Shown here in pieces: positions 58,784 to 64,000 of a stretch of 64,000 nt of DNA. The stretch's first letter is position 1; each line of letters starts with the position of its first letter. Both the position numbers and the translations under genes were made by a program. Source of the DNA: Camelus dromedarius (taxonomy: Eukaryota); assembly GCF_036321535.1 (NCBI RefSeq), contig NC_087459.1, positions 25,544,001-25,608,000 of the forward strand, written 5' to 3'. The notes below the pieces were generated by a model, which worked only from the letters and a program-made list of their open reading frames with translations, did no database searches and was not told the DNA's origin.

Positions 58784-59804
58784 GCATATACATGTTGAGA
58801 GAAAAGTGTATGCAGTTTATCCTACCAAGTAGGTGTTTAGTAGTTCTCAGAACATTGTCTTGCCATCAGTTTCTTATAGACCTGAATTAAGATCCCCTTC
58901 ACTTTTTGCTCTTTGTTTAAAACTGCGCAGGGTAAACCCTGCCTAAGAATTACAGCCTTGATGTTTGGTACCCAGAGGTGGCAACTCTTGGTCATTTTTA
59001 TGAGGGAGGATACCCAAAAGTTTTATAAAGTATAACGTAAGTCAGAATTCCATTGAGAAAGCAGATCTCAAGGTCACCACCAGCTTTTAGGAAATCTGAC
59101 CACCCAGGTCAGGAGAATACCGACAGCATAACTGATGGCCACAGTTGTCTGCAGTACGGGGACAGGTGAATCACCAGGATCAGCCTGGAGGCTGCTGCAA
59201 ACCCTCAAGTCATATTTGCCAAACCCAACATCTGCCCGCTGCTGCCAGAGGAGCAAATGTGGCTGCTGCTTCACTTCTACCTGCGAAGCTCTCCCTAAAG
59301 GGAGTGGGAAGCACTAAATCCTGACCACGGATGCTGGGAGCTGCAATTCCAGGTCTCCTCGCTTGCTCTGGAGGGAGAGCATAGGAAGGACCAGAATGGC
59401 TCAGAATTCCAGCAGACAAATGTCTGGCATGGTCAACCCCTTTTTATCTGTACCTACCTTTCTAATATTTAATTCCAAATATGAACAAAGCAACAGTATT
59501 GTGTTTCCACTTAATGTGATAGAGCTCTGAACGATGTCGACAAAGGCATACCCCCTATCTGCCCCAAAGGGAAGGCTCTGAGCCTGTCCGACACTGTGTC
59601 TGTCTCTGGCTGGTGTTGTTTCTTTTTCTATTAGTCTCCATCACTCTTTAACATCCTATAACCTAAAGAATACCTCTTCAGTTTAACCACCTCCAATATT
59701 CCTTACATCACAGACAGTATGAGAAGAGAAGTTAAAAATTATTATCAGCCAATGTTTGAATAACAAAGTAAGGAAAAAATTGTGTGCATATTTTAAAATT
59801 GTCT

Positions 59805-59828
59805 TTTGTTTGTTTGTTTGTTTGTTTG
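59805..59828. repeat. (TTTG)6
   Basis: Directly visible. Confidence 0.95.
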
Positions 59829-61754
59829 CAACTCCTTTTGAGGCCGCGGTTGGTGTCCAGAACTTCCTTCTTAGCCTGTCCTATCCATGATCCCTTTGCC
59901 CTTGGCCTGTGTCTCAGTCATGGCTTTTCTCGGATGGAGTGACAAACTCTCTCCTGAAACATGGCCTTGCCTATGTTTACTTAGTCACTCATTAACATAT
60001 ACCATTTGGAATGGAATTACCGGCAGCCTCCCCCTAAAGATCAATATTCCCAGGTTTCAGATAGACACTTCCCTGGTCTATGCTTCTTGGAATCCACTCC
60101 CACACATATTCCTTGAGTCTCTACCAACACTAATTATAACCATATTATTTTGGTATGTGAACTCTCTCCTTGTGCACAAGGCCTTGTGCATATCTCTCTG
60201 GGAGATGCTAGGATTTGATCCAGTTATGGGACAGGAGACAATGAAGGGTGGTGGGGGTGGTTCTTGAGGGGCTTCTGGAGGACGGTTCTTTACAAGGTAA
60301 TTTTCTCAGATGAAGTCACTGCAGGGTCTTTAAGGAATGGGAGACCAGCCTCCTCAGAAATGGAAAGGATGCTTCTGTTTTCAAGGGGTCTTAGTAGAAT
60401 TGGGTTGGGATGAGGGGGGCGGGGGGAGCTTCCGATACTCATCAGAATCTCCAGTACTCAGAGCCTCAGTCTTCCTCAAGCATGTTATCAAGGGCTGAAG
60501 GAGCAGAGGGCATGAAAGGCCATTTCTACCTTTAAAATACACTGTGACCTTTCAAGGAAAGACGATACAGCCACTGTCCCTTGGGCCAGGGACTCGCAGC
60601 TCCTGTCACAGTGACCTGAAGCACCACCAACAGGTGTTGCTATGCAAAATCGCACGTCCGCCCAAACCCTTGGTTCTGCCTCCACTGTGAAAATGCCTTC
60701 CACTTCCCTTCCTCCTTCTAAATCTTGCACGTGAGCCTCTCAGAATGGAGTGTAAGCAGGAATCCTGTTGGCAAGGGATTGGAAGAAACAGATTCCCATG
60801 CTTCCAGCTCCTGCAACACCAAGGAGAACATATAAAGGAGTCAGAAGTGGTACCGGGTGCCAACAGACAAGTGCCCCGCCCACTGGCTTGTGAAGCCCTC
60901 CTACTCAGTTATCCTTCTCGGCACTTTCCACGCAAGGGTGGAATTTCCTCTAAGCTCCTTTGTCACTGCTGTAACCTCAATACCTGGCCTGTGGTCTAAT
61001 GCATAGGAGGGATGTAGTGAGCACCAGACACGAGAGGACTATCACCTGGTCCATGATCATGAAAGCCAGGCTCTCATACCCTGCCTCACTCGTTACTAGG
61101 GGAAAGGAATAGTTCCACTTCCACTCCCCATCAGATCCGGAGAGACAGAAGCTGCTTTTAATACTCCTTTCCTGCTGGGAGAATTAACTCAATCATGTGG
61201 CCAAGCCAAGTCACATGAAATTCAACTCCTGGGTCTACCAAATTGCATTTGCTTTTCTAGGGTGAGGGCAAAGCTTTACGAAGTAGGTGTACAGGAAAGC
61301 CAATCTTGTCTGCTGCTATAATGTCCCCTGGTTTTTAAGGGCCTCATTCAAGACATGGAGGCCGTGATTCCACTGGGATTTACGCACTCATCAGGGAAGT
61401 GTCAGGGAAGGAGGTAACAGAGACCACGGACTATTAGCTAAGTTATCGCTGAAGCCACACTGTATTGAGCTGTAAGCACTGCACCTCGTGGCCTAATTGG
61501 GAACACGAGTTAACCCAGAGTCAGACTGATGCTTTGTCTGACTTGCAGTGTGACCGGAAGACAAACAACACAACTAAGTTATTCCTCAAACGGAACATGA
61601 GGCAGCAGCCGGGAGACCCAAACCTGATGATGCGTCTGTGGGCCAGAAGGTTCCAGCGATAGGCCTGAGAGACTATCAGACTGCAGCAGTCGTGGACGTT
61701 TATTCATGTGTTTATTTAACACGTGTGTTTATTCACTTAAGCTATTTATAAGAG

Positions 61755-61925
61755 ATGTGGTCCTGGAGGTCTAGCAGGCTAAACTCTGAGAAAGAAAAGG
61801 CAGTAAATTGCCTAGTCTCTCTGAACTTCAGGGTCCTCTTCTGAAAGGTGAGGATTATAATAGTTTAATAATAGTTCATATCCCAGAGTGCTGTTGGGAG
61901 CAGCAAGAGATAAATGACACAGGCT
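61755..61925 (+). mobile_element. MIR fragment
   Basis: GTAAATTGCCTAGTCTCTCTGAACTTCAGGGTCCTCTTCTGAAAGGTGAGGATTATAATAG..ATCCCAGAGTGCTGTTGGGAG. Confidence 0.5.
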
Positions 61926-62006
61926 GGCTGTAAAGAATAAGTGATCAGACAGATAGATTTGTGATATGTACATATGTATATATCTGTATTTGTAGGCACA
62001 TACAGA

Positions 62007-62026
62007 TGTGTGTGTGTGTGTGTGTG
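62007..62026. repeat. (TG)10
   Basis: Directly visible. Confidence 0.95.
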
Positions 62027-64000
62027 AGCACACAAGCTCTCCATGTATCCCTTTGTAATGGAGACATGAGGGGCCTGGCAGAAAGTCCCAGCTGAGGCAG
62101 ATGGGAAAACCACCAGAATTTTTGATGTGTTCCCCAACCCACACAAGATCCACGACACATCATAACATTTGTCACCTTTGAAGCATTTCGAAGCACGTGC
62201 TGAATACAGGAAAGCACAGCTCGGTGGGAAAGGCAGTCCAGGTGCAGCGGGGGGAAGTGCTCGCTGTGCCGATGGGCAGCAAGCCCTGTCAGTTTGGCTT
62301 GAGCCAAAAGCACCGCAGCAGAGGGAACTGGAGACGGCTGGAATGGATCAGGAGCAGTGGTAAACGCAAGGCTGGGGGCAAGGAGGGAACCTCAGTTTCC
62401 ATTTATCTGGGAGGTGAGTAAGGTCCACAAAGTTCAGGGCACCAGTTTGAAGACACCAGCTGGTAGGTAGTCTGAAGGTCCTCGTCTACACCACGGGGCC
62501 TCCGGGGAGTGTGTTGAACACATATTTAGAGATAATGCTTTATGATTATTGCTGCTAAGTAAGTATCAAATCTCCATAATAATGAAGATACTCAAGTTGC
62601 CCTATTTCTAAGTGTCACCAGCACCTCTTCTAGGGATTGTATGGGTGCTGCTGGAAGCTGACCTTGACCCTGATAGGTGGACAGAGCCAGACAGGAGCTT
62701 GGCCAGTGAGAAGAACCCATGAAAACGGCGACACTCCCTGTTGTGTTCCAGGAAGTGTCTCTAGTGGAGCTGTGGCGGCATCCCAGCAGAGGGGAGCGGA
62801 GGGCTGGGGGTGCCAACCGTCCAGGGCAGTGGCTCCTTGGAGTTGTGCAGAGGAAACCCCCCCCCCCCCGGTAAGAATGGAACCCAAGCCAAAAATCAGA
62901 CTGAAGCAGCCAGATCGAAGCCCAAGGGGAGGAAGTTGACTGACTTACTCCAGCAGGGGTCAAACATAGGGACCAGCCTGGAAAGGGTCTCTGAAGAACT
63001 TCGTGCCAGCTGTTCAGAAAGGACTAGAATTTGCAGAGACAAATGCTGAACTGAATCCTGCAATCACAGTTGTATGTGTCAGCTGGGACCCATCCTCTAG
63101 GCTAGTCTAGACCCCACCTGCCGGTCGCCTGCTCCTTACTCGGCACAAAGCAGGTGGATAAGAGTGACCCTTGGAATGACCTGGGGGAGGACAAGCAGAG
63201 CAATGTTCAGTTTCAATTTTCAGAGGATGGCTCCCAAGGAAAGTAGTCTTGCCTAGGGACCAGGAGATCTGAGTGCCATGGTGGAGAACTCAGCCAAAGG
63301 AACCGGGGAATGTGGGTTCCAATCCCAAACCCTGTCTCAGAACCAGATTAAGAGATGGGGTGTAAGGCTATGCCAACCTGTCGGACGAAATCAAAAATGT
63401 GGTCTGTACTCTGGACTTCCGCTTTGGCCATCTGCCCTTGCCGTAGTAGATGGCACCTTGATTTTATCCTCACCAAATGAACGTTGAACAAATATTTAAA
63501 AGGAATGTAAAACTTAAGAAAATAATAACATGTAATAAAAATAAATTAATAAGCTCGTCCTGAGTGTGTATCTGTCTCTCTCTGGCTCCCTTTTCTCTAT
63601 GATCCCAGACCAGCTGTATGTCTCCAAGCCTTAGCCTCCTGGCCAGCAAAAAAAAAAAGGTCACCATAAGAACACTTTTCCAGGGACGTGAGATGAGGGA
63701 GCAGTGGGTGCTCTGCAAATGGTGGTTATTTGTCCTAATTCTACCAGTCGGTGTTTTCTCTTGAGGAACTCACGTCTGTCTGAAATTCAGTGCTCTTACA
63801 TGCAAAATGAGAGGTTTGGGCAGGAGAACCCCTAAGGAATAAGTGTAGCTCTGTTTTGCGCTGCGGTGTGTTTCCGGAGCAGCACCAGGTGGGGAAACAA
63901 GCGTTGCCCTGGCAGCACCAGGCGGCAGGGAGGAGCGCCATTGCCTCCAGCTTACTTAGAGTCCTCTGAGGTTAGAACCAGACTTCAGCCGCTTTGATGG

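Noticed and set aside
59830-61250. Possible old LTR (ERVL/MaLR) fragments
   Set aside because: Only scattered short motifs are present, too degenerate to call by eye.
1-64000. CRISPR array, operon, prophage, rRNA, or a novel multi-gene system
   Set aside because: There are no regularly spaced repeat-spacer units, no dense coding and no rRNA motifs; the content is typical mammalian intronic or intergenic DNA.

Overview
This is non-coding mammalian nuclear DNA, most likely from a camelid (camel, alpaca or llama). The evidence is a tRNA-Ala-derived SINE of the camelid Vic-1 type, artiodactyl-type L1 3' ends, and no Alu, Bov-A/BovB, PRE-1, CanSINE or ERE1 that I could see. I found no protein-coding gene I can recognise, and no rRNA, true tRNA or CRISPR array. 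The only ORF-track peptides with recognisable homology are L1 ORF2p fragments (endonuclease, RT 'YADD' region, C-terminal 'WIKDLN' region). The window is a layered record of transposable elements: ancient L2 and MIR, MER5A/MER3-type hAT MITEs, MLT1/MLT2 LTRs, old L1MB/MC/ME ends, an ERV1-class solo LTR, younger L1 3' ends and Vic-1 SINEs. There are eight N-runs of 132-187 bp, six of them inside L1 sequence. The best-supported curiosities are a twin-primed (5'-inverted) L1 with a resolvable 6-bp junction microhomology, an internally deleted Vic-1 nested inside it, and a complete solo LTR carrying internal A40 and (CA)n expansions. Several unique-sequence segments have CpG enrichment, splice-site pairs or TF-motif clusters that could belong to enhancers or a spliced lncRNA; these are low-confidence. 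I see no convincing evidence of a new biological system. Repeat family names come from my recollection of Repbase/Dfam consensus sequences, and boundaries of old elements are approximate. RepeatMasker/Dfam plus a synteny lift-over to human or cattle would settle most points.
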